A stretch of DNA of 64,000 nt from Trichoplax adhaerens (GCF_000150275.1 NW_002060964.1:787115-851114), one strand, 5' to 3'. Positions 12,001 through 25,479 are shown, counted from the stretch's first letter. A program made the numbers and translations. Notes: generated by a model from the letters alone, not told the origin.

Positions 12001-15000
12001 CTACTGCAGGTACCTGTATTCCAGATGCCTTCTCATCGGTAACGCTATCAGATGAGCTCGATTTTTCCGTATCATCATAGTGATCTACTGCGGGTACTTG
12101 TGTTCCAGATGCTCTCTTGTTGGCAACTCTATCCGATGAGCTCGATTTTTCTGTATCATTAGAGTGATCTACTGCAGATACTTGTATTTCAGATGGACTC
12201 GTTTTTTCCATATCAACATAGTGATCTACCGCAGGTACCTGTGTTTCAGATGCTTTCTCATCGGTAATTCTATCAGATGAATTCGAATTTTCCGTATCAT
12301 CGAAGTGAACTACTGCAGGGACTTTTGTTTCAGATACGTTCTCATCTGCAACTCTATCATTTGAGCTCGATTTTTCCGTATTATCGTAGTGATCTACTGC
12401 TGGTATTTGTGTTTCAGATGCTTTCTCATCGGTAACTCTATCAAATGAACTCGCTTTTTCTGTATCATCAGAGCGATCTACTGCCGGTACTTGTGTTTCA
12501 GATGCTTTCTCATCGGTAACTCTATCAGATGAACTCGATTTTTCCGTATTATCAAGGTGATCTACTGCTGGTACTTTTGTTCCAGATGCTTCCTCACCGG
12601 TATCTCTATCGGATATTGCCTCTGAATGGTCCTGTTCACCAGGATAGTTGCTCTCTGTGGTAGTATTAACATTATCGCTGTCTTTAATTTCAACTTGAAT
12701 AGGTAAAGCGTTTGCTTCAGGGGCGGCAGCATGGATTACATCATATATTTCAGTATTTCGTTCTGGGGACTTCTGCCTAGACTGCCGTAAGGCATTAGTA
12801 GCAGAAACGCTGTTAAGGATAGCTTTGGCTAGCCTTTCCATGCTAGCAAGGCGCTCTTGGTCATTTTTGGCTTTTCCACTCTCTTCAATTACTTCTTCAA
12901 TCACTTCACGTGAAATGGCACATTCAGGAGCAACTATTTCTGCCGGTTTACTAACAACAACATTGGACGTCTCTGCGGAATTAATTTCCGATATTTTGTC
13001 ATTACTGGATGGACGAGCCGTTTCCATGGTAGCCTCATCCTTTGCGTTAACTAGATTTACAACCTTACTTGGTAGATTTTCAATACTGGATTGGACATCT
13101 AGTTCTTCTTCGCTAGCTGAGTCCAATGAATCTTTTTCAATTGATTCTGGTAATTTGTCGCTATCTAACGCGGACAAACCTTTTGGTAATGGTTTGGTGT
13201 TTTCAACCTGTTCAGATTTCTTATTATTGGCTGCTGAATTTTCCAAGGGCTTTTCGCGTTCTGGGTCAGTGCTTATTACAGTTTCATCGATATCGTTGTC
13301 CTTTACTACCAATGTAGGATAGTGGCTTTCAGCAGTTAAGGATGCCACTGTAGGCTGCTCCTTCTCAGCCAGGCCTTGTGTAATCGCTGCTTGAACATCT
13401 TCTTTTGTAACAAATTCTCGTGATAATATTGCAGACCAAATTTCATTTACTGCACCAAGGACCTTTTCTAAATTCAATTGCTTCTCTGAAAATGGCTTCA
13501 TCAATGTCTCTGCTAACGTATTTATAGTAACTCCATTTCCGTCATTATTGTCTTCCGAATTTACTGCTTGATACCCTGATCCAGTAAAAGGTAATTGTGT
13601 TGGATCAAAACTGGTTGGAACATCTGCTGGTATTTTCTTCGCCGATTCTTTTGCCTGACGTTCTTGATCGGCCTTCCATTTGCGTAGTTCTTCATTATGT
13701 TGAAGGAGTTTATTTAACGTCGACCAAGCTTTATTCCAAATCTCTTTAAATTTCTTTAATCTATCTTCTAGCTCAGTCACCTTCATTTCAATGGATAACA
13801 TCTTAATAGCAACGGTTATCTTCTCCAAAGTGCCAAATCGTCCAGTTGCTTGAGCGTAGTAATTCTGTAAATGGTATAAAACACAAGTCTAATTTTATTG
13901 AATACGGACAGAAAATATTGGATTATACTAATTCCTCTATACAAACCTTCAATTTATCGTAGTTGTCATCGTTTGTCTCTTCATTATTGCATTTTATTAA
14001 AAACTGGATATAACCATTGTACCAATTTTCTGATTCTCCAAGTGCTATGTCTACTGCATCGTATTCATCCGAATAATAATTCAATTTCGTAATATGTTTC
14101 TCGAGATCGGCAATGGTATTATCGATACTTTCAGATATTTCTTCAAATTGGTCCTTAAACTCCGATGCTCGCCCTTTTGTTGCATATACTTTGACATTCT
14201 TAATGTAGAGATCATTTGTGGTGCAATATTTATTCGATTCATCTTGATGTTGATCTATTAGTTTCTGTTTAATAATAAATTTAATCGAATTAGCTATATT
14301 TTAAATTAAAAATTTAAAGAAGTTAAATATCATCAGAGAAGTGACAAGAAATGCCTTACCTTAGCTTCAGCAATGTTATTCTTGACTTCAACAATAGTTA
14401 AATCTTGCTTATTTTGCAGCTGTATCGATACCTTTTCCTGCAGAGCTTTAAGCTTTTCTTTCAGTTGTTGGATGCTATATTCGACGGATATCCAGTCTTC
14501 TTGCATTTGAGTCGCAGCTTCATTGTTGTCCTTGTAGACGCGTAAAACACCCTCCCACATCATTTTTAATCTATTTACCATTGCTTTAGTTCTATCTGGC
14601 GAATAGTCATCATTTAAGAATTTTTCTCCATCTTTGCCCAAGCGTTCGATATTATTCTGGTGGCCATCTATTTCGATCTTGTGCTCCTACAGCGATATAA
14701 TATTTAATGTGTCATACTAATAAAACTGTTATAGATTTACTCAACAAACGCATCTTATGTAGGTATTTACCTTATATTCTTCGATATGTGCTGCTATTCC
14801 AGCGACCGAGTCGAAATCGTATTTCAATGAAATAATTTTCCATATTCTATCTAACCATGTCAATTCATCCTCAATCATTGCTTCATAATCGAACCAGTCA
14901 TGTAAAAGTACTATCCTGTATGCGAAATATATTTATGAATTTTAGTGTATCCATTGACACACGTTTTAGTCAAGTCTACATCATATAGTAACCTACGCTA

Positions 15001-18000
15001 TTTATTAATTCAAATAAAGATGCTACAAACCTTCTTCGGGTAATGTCTATCAAATCGTTTACATCAGCCCATCGATCAAGGCATCGTCTTAAATTCATCT
15101 TTTGCTTATATTGAACATTTTCATCACTATCAGCTAATAAATTTTCAATTTCGGATGTCAACCACTTAATGGTATCTTCATATCCTTGTTGATCAGCGCA
15201 AGCGGTCTATAGAACAGTAATTAATGAGTCAGCTCAGAGCAAAAGAGTATAGAATTATAAATAAAATTTGAAGCTTTAATTGTATTAAGGTGAAATTTTT
15301 TTCATGCCTGAAATCCTACCTCAAATTTTGTGGATAATTTATCTAACTCTTGTTGCTTTTTACATTTATCAATTTGTTCAGCAATACGTTCAGTATCATC
15401 CATCCATAAATTTAACTTATCTAAAGTTGAACGATATTTCTGAGATTCTTTTAAGGCACTTCTTAGTTTAGATTCCGTTATTTTAATTTTTTCGCACATT
15501 TTAAACCATTGCTCTTTTAAGCTAACAACGCGATCATTCACTTCCTTAGCACATAATGGTACTTCAGACGCTTTGCTATTGATGCCATCCAAAGCTTCTA
15601 TTTTTAACTCGCAATCATCAAAAAACTCCATTTCATGAAAGAAGGTAATATGCTGTTCGAGAAGTTGCTGTATATCGTCCGCTGTGTCCAACTGTCCAAT
15701 AGTCTGCGCTCTTAATTCACATTCGGCCTCTCGTAGTTGGGAAGTAAGAACAGTATCAACTCCTTCCAACTCTAATAGGATTTCTTGAGCAGGTATGCTC
15801 TCCATTAACGTATTCCAATCTCCTTTAACGCACACAATTTCATCTTCTAATATGCCTGGAGCGCTATCATTATATTCGCTTTTCAGCTCTTCAGCGTACT
15901 GACAATATTTGTGAAAGAGCGATGTAGGTCGTTCCAAATCAGAAAAGAAAGACTGTAAGTGAGTTAATCTCGACTGGGATGTATTAAACTCGATCCCAGG
16001 TTGATTTTCTTCCATTACACGATTTGCTACATGCAGCCAATCTTGTAAGGTTTGCCGAGCACCTTCGTATCTCCTCCAACACGATACATTTCTTTCCAGT
16101 CTAGTTGTCCAAGATGCGCATTCTAATACAAGTAAATAAAAATTAGAGCGGAAATTCCAACAAAAATGTGATCAAAAGAAAGAGAACAAAGTACTGCCAT
16201 CATAAAATATAACATAACCTTTACCTGAACAAATCTTCTCCCATCTTTGAATTAATTGTGACTCTATCTTGTCAGTGATATTATAGAGGTTGATGTTTTT
16301 CCCACATAAATCGACTAATAATTTCAAATCACGTTTTTTCGCTTCGATAAATGTTTGATGCTCAGTTAAATCTGAAAATTGCAACTAGAAAACAATATAC
16401 AACTATTAAATATTTCATCAATACGAAGATTACATTAATAAAACATATTATTTAATGGAAAGATAAAAATTGCAACAATTTGATTGATTCTGATTATTAT
16501 AACTGTCATATTTACCAAATGGTCGTCTAATCTTTTTTCAGCTTCAATTAAATCCTCGATCACGTTTGCATTATAAGATTCAATTAGTTGTTCAGATGTC
16601 TCCAACCATCCCAACATTTCATCGATACCATTTTCCGCCTCACGAAACTGAGGTATTAAAAGCTGGAATTTTCTGTGCTCACCAAAGAAACGCGTATGCA
16701 ATGATCCCCATGTTTGTTTCACTTTAGCTGCAACATTTTCATACGAAGCTACTGCAGTTATATCATCTTTACTGGCGGAGCACAAAATCTGCACTGTATC
16801 ACTAAACTCAGCAACCTTCATTTGCCAGTCCTCAATTTCATTAAACAAAATCTATATAGCATTTTTCAATTAAATTAATTGAATTTCTTTAGCCAGTTAA
16901 ACAAAATGAAAATGTATTATTTCAATAAAGGTTATTTAAGCTTTACTCATGACTTATATCATAATGCCATTTTCTATATTACAAACCTCATATTTATTTA
17001 ATTGCTCCTTAATCGCATTGTAACAGCTGTCAATTTGTGAATTGAAGAGATTCTCCATATCATTAAACCATTTATTCAGTTCAGTTAACTGCTTTTCATA
17101 TTTCCCTTTCAAGCCAGTAACATCATTCTTTTTCTTATTTGCTGCATCAACTTGCTGCTTAAGAATATCTAAACGCGAAGATAATCTATCTAGTAGCATT
17201 TGTATAATGGTTGAATCTGCACTGTTGGCGGAAGACTTTAAAGAATTTCCAAGTTCATTTGCTCTTGCAATTCGCGTCTGATAAACAGGAAATTCATTTA
17301 CAAATACAACAAACTCCTACGAAAGAACGTCAAGAAAAAGATTTATTACAGTAGATCGGTATAGTATTACTCCTTCAAAAATTAGACAAAACTTGTTCAC
17401 TGATGAATTAATATTTTGCACACAAAAGTAGGCAAAATAATTATTAATGTTCTTAATCCTATTTATAGTGAACAAGTTCTATTACTTGATCATCGTCTTG
17501 AGAAGCACTGTATGCTTTTTCTGCCAATGTTATCCAATCATCAATCATACTTGTAACTTTACTAAATTCTTGCCAGTCATTATAAGCTTGACGGATCGTT
17601 CTTTCTGTCAGGCCAACTTTTACACTCAATCCTTCCAGATTATACAAAGCTTTCTTTAAAAATTCATCGATGACCTTTTTCTGTTTATCATTTAGATCAT
17701 CTTTATAAGATTTGCCCGTTTGCTGAGCCTTTTCCAAATGTTTTTGGCAATTATGTAAATAGGATAAATTTTCACTAAAAAATTTCTGTTTGGCAAACAA
17801 AGCAAAGAAGATTTAGTTAACTATCCATAAGTCAGCAACAACAACACATTGCCATTCTATACGGATATAAAATCCATTAAGATATATTGCTATTTCATTG
17901 TAGCGTACCATATGTTCAGCAAGAATTACTTCGACTGTTTCTATATCGCCAAAGTTGTGCGATTCCGAGTGTAAATTTTCTTCAGCTACATGAAATTTGA

Positions 18001-21000
18001 TAAGAAATTCTTCTTTAGCTTCAATAAAGTGTAAATGACGAATCCTTTTGGTCAATTCGTTTTGAATCGTGTCAAGGCGTTGCTTCAAACTCTTTAAATT
18101 GTCTGCTGAAAGTATTTGCTTGGCTAAGGTGTAGGAGCTACCAGCCTTGTATATATCCGTCAGGCAAGGCTGCAAAATTGCAGCAGCACGAAAGAATTTC
18201 TTTAAACAGAAAGACGATAAAGTTATCACTTAAGGACAAGCTATTCTTCCAATATAGTATAGCATAAAAGCTAATATATTTGCTTTGAATAGAATGAAAA
18301 TAAGATATCAAATCACCTTGTGAAAATCTATTTGTGAGCGCAAGATAGGAATGGCATCAACGGCACCTTCATCTGGAATATGTAATCCTTTCTCTTTGTT
18401 ACTTAAAATTTCTTCAGCATTGTATATCCACTTCACTAGGCGACCTAGTTCACCTTCAAGACCTCGAAGGGATTCATTGGTTACCTACCCGTATGTACAA
18501 AGGTTGAGATTTTAATTTTATAATTCTACTATGTATGAATACTTCTATCTTAACATTATTAACACTACATAAACGCAGCTAGGTAATCTTCTGTTTGTAC
18601 ATTCGATTTTAAATAGCAAGAATGAAAGGTCCCGAGTATTATTTAGATGATGTCCAGGTGACTTATAATAATATGAATAACCTTTTGATCGTCAATTAAG
18701 TCTTCATCAGCTATCATAGTAGCTAAATTAGGTAATTCCGGATATCTACGGTATATGCAAGCTATATACGTAAGTATCGATTTTTCATCCGGTTGCTCGA
18801 CATCAACATCTACATGTATTAAGCCGTTAGAACTTAGACAAAGGCATACATAGTTATGAAGATTATTTGTCTATCTATAAGAAAGGATTATTCCAGTAGA
18901 CGTACCACTTGGTTCAAGAAGCCTAGGGACATTTAAATGCTCTTCCAGTAAAGTAAATGCCTTATCTAAATTTTTCTTGTTATCATCGCCTATATCCTGC
19001 TCTAAGTTCACTAAATTAGGTCTTAGGCTGTGAACGATAAACATAAAAGCATAGCCATTAATCCAATCGGTTGTAAAATTGGTTATAACTCCCAGTGAGC
19101 TGCCAGGCCTAAGCCATTGGTATTAAGGTAAAAAAAAACAAGAGCAATTAAAATTCCAATCCATCACTTTTACATTCGAATCAAATATTTTAAGAATTTT
19201 GATAACGGACACAAATTGCTTCAATAGATGTCACAAATAATTATTGCCATATTAAAAAATAATCTTTACAATGATTTAGTCGTAGCAGCCTGACACCATA
19301 GCAACAAAGCTTTCTTCCCTGTTCCTTTCTTAAATATGGGAGCTTTTGGCTGTTCTGCTGGCTCAATTTGATTCAATTGTGTAGTGGAACCTCTTAGAGA
19401 ATTCGAATCAACTACTTGGCTTTCAATCTTTGTTTTTGTTGTATATCTTTCAATAGAATGGCCTTCGATCTTTGTTTTCCAACATAAAAGCAATAATCAT
19501 TTATAGGAATGAATTGGAATTACCGACGTCAAAAGTAACCTGACTTATTTATTACTTTTAACAGTATATCGCAATACCTGAAAGTAAAGAATTATGTTCC
19601 ACACTAAAGACAATATAGCATCAACTTTACCGTCGGGAACATCATTTCTTGTTACACTAATTTTTATCTAGATAAATAGAGATGGCAAGCTCTTAATTTC
19701 TATTCTAATATACAAATGATACTGCAAACAATTCTACGAAGGTATGTAGATATTATTCATATCATTACATTGATGAAGATTTTGTAATACAACACTAACA
19801 TAATAAATCGCATTTATACTGAAGAAAAATAATTAACTTGAATACCTTCTGCTTCTGCAAATAACCCAAAACTTTACTACAATTGAACATATGATTGATC
19901 CTAAGTCTTCCAGTTTCTCTAGGCTAAAAGGCGAAATTATAGCAAGATGTTAATGCTTTAATAGATTTGTTAAGTAAATATTTTGGCGTGCTTAATTAGC
20001 TTATTATAAAGAAGTAACTAATTTTCACACTTTAACACTAGTTAAATAGTCTTGTGCAATAATACCGATGGCTCCATTTTATGACAAAAAATGAAACATG
20101 TAAAGAGTACAACTGGCACGTAACATTGACTAGCAAATTGGCGTGGTATCACTAATTATTATTGAAAGTCATTTCATAGTCCAATAACAGTCCAATATTG
20201 CTCACGAATTGACTTTCAACACCTTTATATTCTCTAGTAAACTATACAAGTCCAATATCCTATTCAAAATTAATATCGTTACGTAACTTACCATCTTTTC
20301 ACCAGTGTTTAATTCTAATAAAGTTAAGAGGATATTGCCATCCTTTAGGTCTTTAATTAGATTAGTAATTGCTACAGGATTCTCAGTCTAAAAGATTGAT
20401 GAAGATAACGTTACTAGATCTATACAGCATAAAATTTAGCAATCACAAATTGATTTATAAAAGTGAAATGTGAATTCGTAAAAAGTAAAGATCAGTTAAT
20501 GGCTTTCAACTCGACATAAAATCAAATCATGCACTATCAAATAAATCAAGTTTGTAAAATACATTTTGACTATAAGTTTATTAGATACGCAAGCTTTGAT
20601 AATTATCATTTAGTCTATGATTGAATAAAGTTTTATGTTCTTAATCCAATGGAATAATATACATATAAAAAGGAAAAACAGATCATCTACGAATGTATCT
20701 ACCAGTGATAACCCTTAGCTCATTTTCGACTGGCGTAAATAAAATGAGTATCTTGTTGAAATCAACACATCTAACCAGTATGAATATCAAGTCATGATAT
20801 GGCAAAGCAAGAAAATTAGTCTATACCTCTCTAGCTGCATAAAAATGAACTCAAAATAGGATTGCAATAAATATCATTGTATGTTGTTGATGTGATTAAT
20901 TTATACCTTGGCTATTTGATAGTTGATCCAACGAACAAATACTTTCTTTTGAATGGCTTTCATTTCCTCTGTAAAAATAAAAAGTTACCGATTACGTATG

Positions 21001-21361
21001 ATGAATGATGGCTACAGGCGATTTATTCTTTATTCCCTATTAAAGGTGCAATTCGCTTGAGGATGAGATATCGTAAGGAGAAAACTACAGACTGATGTTG
21101 TCTTGCAATATTACGGCTATAATTACCTGTTTGTTTAGCCTTGGAAACAGTTCCTTTACCCGATTTTGTTGGATCTTTAGCGGTGAAGGGAGACATTCTA
21201 CTGCTTGGCTTTCTATTTAGTGATCGAGTTGTTTTACTCTGTGGTGTCTTGGCGACTTTATCGTTGCTTGATATCCCACGCCGTGCTGCCGCTCTTGCTT
21301 TGGTAGCTGAAGGTCCATATTTAGCGGTTTTGGACGGCGGATGGGAATCTTTGGTACTCAT
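1..21361 (-). CDS. SYNE1: Giant nesprin-1/SYNE1 (Msp300/ANC-1)-like protein: two N-terminal calponin-homology domains plus spectrin repeats; multi-exon, 3' end (expected KASH domain) outside the window; about 6000 aa encoded within the window
   Basis: 22 phase-consistent GT-AG exons: 21127-21361, 20907-20968, 20292-20387, 19846-19923, 19578-19667, 19270-19469, 18906-19108, 18682-18809, 18317-18484, 17909-18199, 17486-17785, 16987-17316, 16516-16851, 16225-16384, 15320-16122, 15031-15206, 14771-14915, 14360-14686, 13947-14264, 735-13864, 198-512, <1-109. CH1 reads AIQKKVFVRWINYQI..ITNLIKDLKDGNILLTLLE..VPDGKVDAILSLVWNIILYFQI. CH2 reads KKALLLWCQ..ITNFTTDWINGYAF..LRPNLV..LNVPRLLEPSDVDVEQPDEKSILTYIA. 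W-spaced helical spectrin repeats follow. The segment SSSIEAVLDIYRKLLNDPDVCATEEDVRILATTMNDVDNRWKVICKRS..FWSKFNDNRQEFENWI resembles the C-terminal repeats of nesprin-1/2 (recalled similarity, not searched). One frameshift at about 11605-11626. Confidence 0.88.
735..13864 (-). other. Giant 13,130-bp internal coding exon of the nesprin-like gene (contains the 742-aa and 3467-aa ORFs)
   Basis: Acceptor tttacag|AAT TAC at 13864 and donor TCG|gtaaga at 735, both phase 0. Open from 13864 to 11600 in one frame and from about 11624 to 735 in the -1 frame. The length is 2 mod 3, consistent with a single frameshift. Confidence 0.8.
9590..12612 (-). repeat. Coding tandem repeat, 84-bp/28-aa unit (PAVDHxDDTEKSSSSDRVTDEKASETQV), about 35 units; central units form a 168-bp/56-aa higher-order dimer
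   Basis: gatctactgcaggt recurs throughout. The string gatctactgcaggtgcttgtgttcc occurs at 11261, 11429 (+168) and 11761. The repeats are visible in the translations of both long ORFs. Confidence 0.97.
18682..20968 (-). other. Tandem calponin-homology (actin-binding) domain exons of the nesprin-like gene
   Basis: Seven small exons mostly missed by the ORF track. Spliced together they give the canonical alpha-actinin/spectrin/nesprin ABD motifs: QKKxFxxWIN, DLKDG, DGxxxxILSLVWNIILYFQ, LLLWCQ, NFTTDWxNG, PRLLEP, PDEKSILTY. Confidence 0.93.
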
Positions 21362-22194
21362 AATTATTTCTTGAAAGGTTGAAAAATATTCTTTGCTTCA
21401 AAATAGAGATGAAAACTACTTTAACTTATTTTCAGCCCTAGGTCAAATTAATTCTTTAAATTTGCGAAGTGGCTCCTATTGTATCAGCTAACAATGATGG
21501 CAGGAAAACTTGGCCATTCATTCTTTCTTCTTTTGCAAATATTGAAATGATTCTAATCAATAGATCAAAAAGCAAAACGAAGGTAAACTATGAGGATGAT
21601 TGATTCGAGAATAGAATAGATCAATTAGAAAGCAGCTCTGTATTAACTAATAATAGTTAAATAAGTCATGGGAAAATGTTATTGCTATGCGAGTGGGGCT
21701 TTTTATCGAATTGAATCTATGGATGGTAATGGTATCTTGATGGTTTCCAAAACGCCTTACTGCCTACAAGTTAATAGACGATAAGGAAGTCATCACAGTT
21801 TCACTCATTGAAAGGAGAAAACTCGCTCTTTATTACTGATCAGAAAGAATGGAAGAATTTCAATTTTGACTGAAATGTTTATTTCTTATAAACGATGACT
21901 TTCAACTTTTTTGTCCACTATCCTATTGTACTGAATGAAGATCGCCATAAGCAATCTATAATTAGTTCGTGATCAGTACATCAAGTCAATATCTAAATAG
22001 CAAAGAAGGAAAACATGAAGAAGCGTTCTATTTCATGCTCTCATTCAGTCAGAATACTGAAAATGGGCCTTTATTATTATGGAAATAAATAGTTGATTAA
22101 AATGATTGTCAATCAAAGGCACTAGTTCCTAAAAATAATCCTTTCCTTCCCATGGCACCGTTGCGACATCGCTTCAAGCGATAGCGTGTAAAGA

Positions 22195-22910
22195 AATAGT
22201 ATTTCTCTACTTCAAGACAATTATTCTGATGATGATTTGATGAGTAATTTCCATGTTCTTGATCAAGAATTAGCGGCTGAAATATTGATAACATAATGAA
22301 GCAAGCGTCACAAAAACTTCATCGATCTCATTAGTCAATCGATGAAATCACCTTATAGGAAATGAAACATTCTATTCCTTTACATCAAGACAATCATTTC
22401 CATGGATGATGATTTGGCGAATAATCTTCATGTTCTTGATCAAGGATCAGTAGTTGAAATGTTGATGCGTACAACATGAACAATTAGAGAATCAAGCCTA
22501 ACAAACACTCCATCTATCTCATCGATGAATTGATGAGATTACCCGATAGCGAATAAAATATGGTATTCCTCAACATAAGGGCAATCATTTTTATACTCTT
22601 GATCAAGGATTAGTAGTTAAAATATTGATCATAGACATATAATTAGTGAATCCAGTGTTATGAAAAATTCCATCTATCTCCTTAGTGAATAGATGAGATC
22701 AAATGGTTATATCACCCAATAGGGAATAAAAGATAGTATTGCTCAACATGAAGACTACCATTTTGATGATGATTGGACGAGTCATTTTTCATCTTTATAA
22801 TCAAGGATAAATAGTTGAAATATTGATCATTAATCTAATAAATCAAGCGCTACAAAAACTCCATCTACCTCACTAGTAAATAGACGAGATAAAATGGTTG
22901 TATCACCGAA
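22195..22910. repeat. Decayed tandem repeat, about 160-200 bp unit, about 4 copies
   Basis: The block ttgatcaagga.tagtagttgaaatattgat...aaaactccatctatctc recurs at about 22259, 22437, 22599 and 22797. Confidence 0.8.
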
Positions 22911-23028
22911 ACCAATTCTCTTTTAGAATATTATGGAAGATATTGTCTAATTAATATGACGTTTAAGACCAGGCGACATCAGCTATTAATACAGCAATTT
23001 TATATCATTAATTCAACATAGACGAGTT

Positions 23029-23383
23029 CTACATTGATCCTTTTCTATCTAATGAATAGCCTGGATAATGATTTTTTTTCTAATCCAATCAATAAGGAAA
23101 TCATATTTTAACCTCTATAGGGCAAGACAGCGCTTGGGATAAGTTTGTTTAAGTGCTTGAAAATGACAAAATTTCCATTGCTAAACTACTACCAACGCAC
23201 TATTTACTACATTGATCCTTTTCTATCTAATGAATAGCCTGGATAATGATTTTTTTCTAGTCCAATCAATAAGGAAATCATATTTAACCTCCATAGGGCA
23301 AGACAGCGCTTGGGAAAGGTTGGTTTAAGTGCTTGAAGATGACAAAATTTTTATGGCTATACTACTTCCTACACACTATTTAC
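23029..23383. repeat. Recent tandem duplication, 2 x ~178 bp
   Basis: ctacattgatccttttctatctaatgaatagcctggataatgatt...agggcaagacagcgcttggga...cactatttac starts at 23029 and again at 23207, near-identical. Confidence 0.95.
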
Positions 23384-23859
23384 CTTGGTCATCCTTTATA
23401 GATCAGTTAATGTTAATATACCAGATAGAAACTAGGATACTCCTTGAATACTCGTATCAATACTATATCAAGCTTGATTGATCAATTAATCATGTCATTG
23501 CCATACTATTGCATCAATTGACAGCTCAAATCATGTGAAATATCAACTACAATCATAGCCTGTAACCAAATCAATCGATCATTCACTTAGATAGATGGAT
23601 GCCCAAGAGTCCTGTTGGTTTTTCATTCATTCTAGCCGCCCACAAGTTGAATACTATTTCAAGGTTATATTTTTTAACATATCCATTATAGCCTTACAGT
23701 GCTTTAACCTCCAGGACAATCCAACCTATAGATTCTTTTCCATATTATTGTACGCGTAATTGTGTATAGCCACTAAAAAATAGAAGACATTTCTATTTCG
23801 TACCCTTGTACCCATTAGGTTAGTCTGATTGTGCTGGTAATCAATACTCGTCCGTCATT

Positions 23860-24340
23860 TTAGCCATGGATTTACCAGAATCTTATCCTAGTTGTTTTCC
23901 ATTAGCCTTGGCAAGCATCAACTCATTACTTACTCTACCCTTCGCTTATTCATTGTTAGACTGGTTGCTTTCTGCACCCTTTGGCATATTCGATTTATTT
24001 GCTTTCCATCTCACTTGGTAAGCTAAGTTAGTTACCTCCCATTGCTGCTCTTCAACTAGACTAATTGCTTTTTGTACACTACTGCCCATTATCTAGACTA
24101 ATTGTTTTTCTACTACCTTTGGCATACTCACTAGTTTGCTGTCCACTTCTTTTTGTACACTACTGCTTTTCACCTAGACTACTTGCTTTCCACTTCCTTT
24201 CGCATACTCAGCAAGTTTGCTTTCTGCTACCTTTGCCATATTAGACTAGTTTACTTTCCACCTCTCATCCTTAATTAGGTTGTCCCTTCAACTACTCGTT
24301 CACTAGAATGATACTTTTCACTCTCCTTGGCATACCTCTA
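23860..24340. repeat. Decayed short-unit tandem repeat
   Basis: Repeated tagacta(a/g)ttg(c/t)ttt and ctttggcatactc motifs. Confidence 0.65.
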
Positions 24341-25479
24341 CTCTACACTATCTTGATTGGAATAGGGATCCAATCTACCTTACTTTATTATTCTAACGAA
24401 CAGTAATTATGCAAATAATTGTAAAATGTAACAGAGAAATATCATATTCCCTAATCAACTTACTTATGCTTTAATAAAGACTAGTGGTATTGAATTTAAG
24501 GTATATTGGGCCGTAATTTTTTCGAGACAATTAGATAGTTCTGTAGCTACTAATCGTAAGGAAATACCCACTCGTTCAGCGTTGAAAATTCATGCTTGCT
24601 AGTATGAGTGAAGACATGAATAAATACTGAATCAGTATACAACTTTCTGTGACTGTAACGAGAGGAAGATAAGTAGGGAATGAATCGAAAATTAATTTAG
24701 TTTTAGTTAATCTAAAAGAGTCAGTATCATTCTACAAGTACAAGTAAGGTGGCAAGTAGGAAGTCTACGATTCAATGAGAATTCGGCCATTGTAAGGATA
24801 AGCCAATCGTTCTCTTAATGTCTACTTTCAGTATTTCAAAAGCGTTAAAGTACTGTCTACAACTAGGACTCTTCATTGTATCTTGCACAATGTGAAATAG
24901 ATATTTTAGTTGACAAAAGCTACAATCAAACATTAAAATTGGTATGGCAATCACTAGCTAAAAGAAAAAAAATGAATCCATCCACTGTGTTGTTCTAGAA
25001 TTAATGGTGCGCTAAAAGCATAGCGTTAGCGTATAGTGCTATTCATGTTGGCTTAATCATCCCCTATTAGCACTATCCGAGAAAGGATGAGCACACAGCC
25101 CGGGGTGCATCTACTCAGTAATGGATACCAGCAGGGTGTATGTTGATAATTTCATTCTATCTTACTATCCTTACAATATTGTTCATGTCTTGCTATACTT
25201 TACTAACGGACTAGTAATGGCAGAAGGAAAGGATGAAATTTGTAGTTCTATTTCGACATTGTACTCGTCTACTTCCCAGGCTTTTATTGTATTCTCCAGC
25301 TTTATTACTCAATCGGATAAGGACAACTTTGATCATTTTAATGGAATAAAATACCAGCAGTCCATCAAGCTTGATTTGCACTGAGAGAAGCCAATGATGA
25401 TCACGAACGGTGGGTAAAGCAAAATTGGAGTTATCCATGTCTATCATCGTCCTAACTAAAACTATAGTAATTACCCAAT

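Noticed and set aside
12825-13322. Plus-strand 165-aa ORF and similar short antisense or alternative-frame ORFs (1097-1501, 4957-5232, 8307-8606, 21141-21374, 34516-34851, 36397-36612, 41936-42211, 57474-57728)
   Set aside because: These are shadow ORFs overlapping real coding exons, with no recognisable domain or independent splice structure.
1-21361. Dystrophin/utrophin or spectraplakin (MACF1/dystonin) identity for the giant gene
   Set aside because: No plakin/SH3 region follows the CH domains, and no WW/EF/ZZ or GAS2 domain appears in the window. The post-CH2 and C-terminal repeats fit nesprin-1 better. Final proof (KASH) is off-window.
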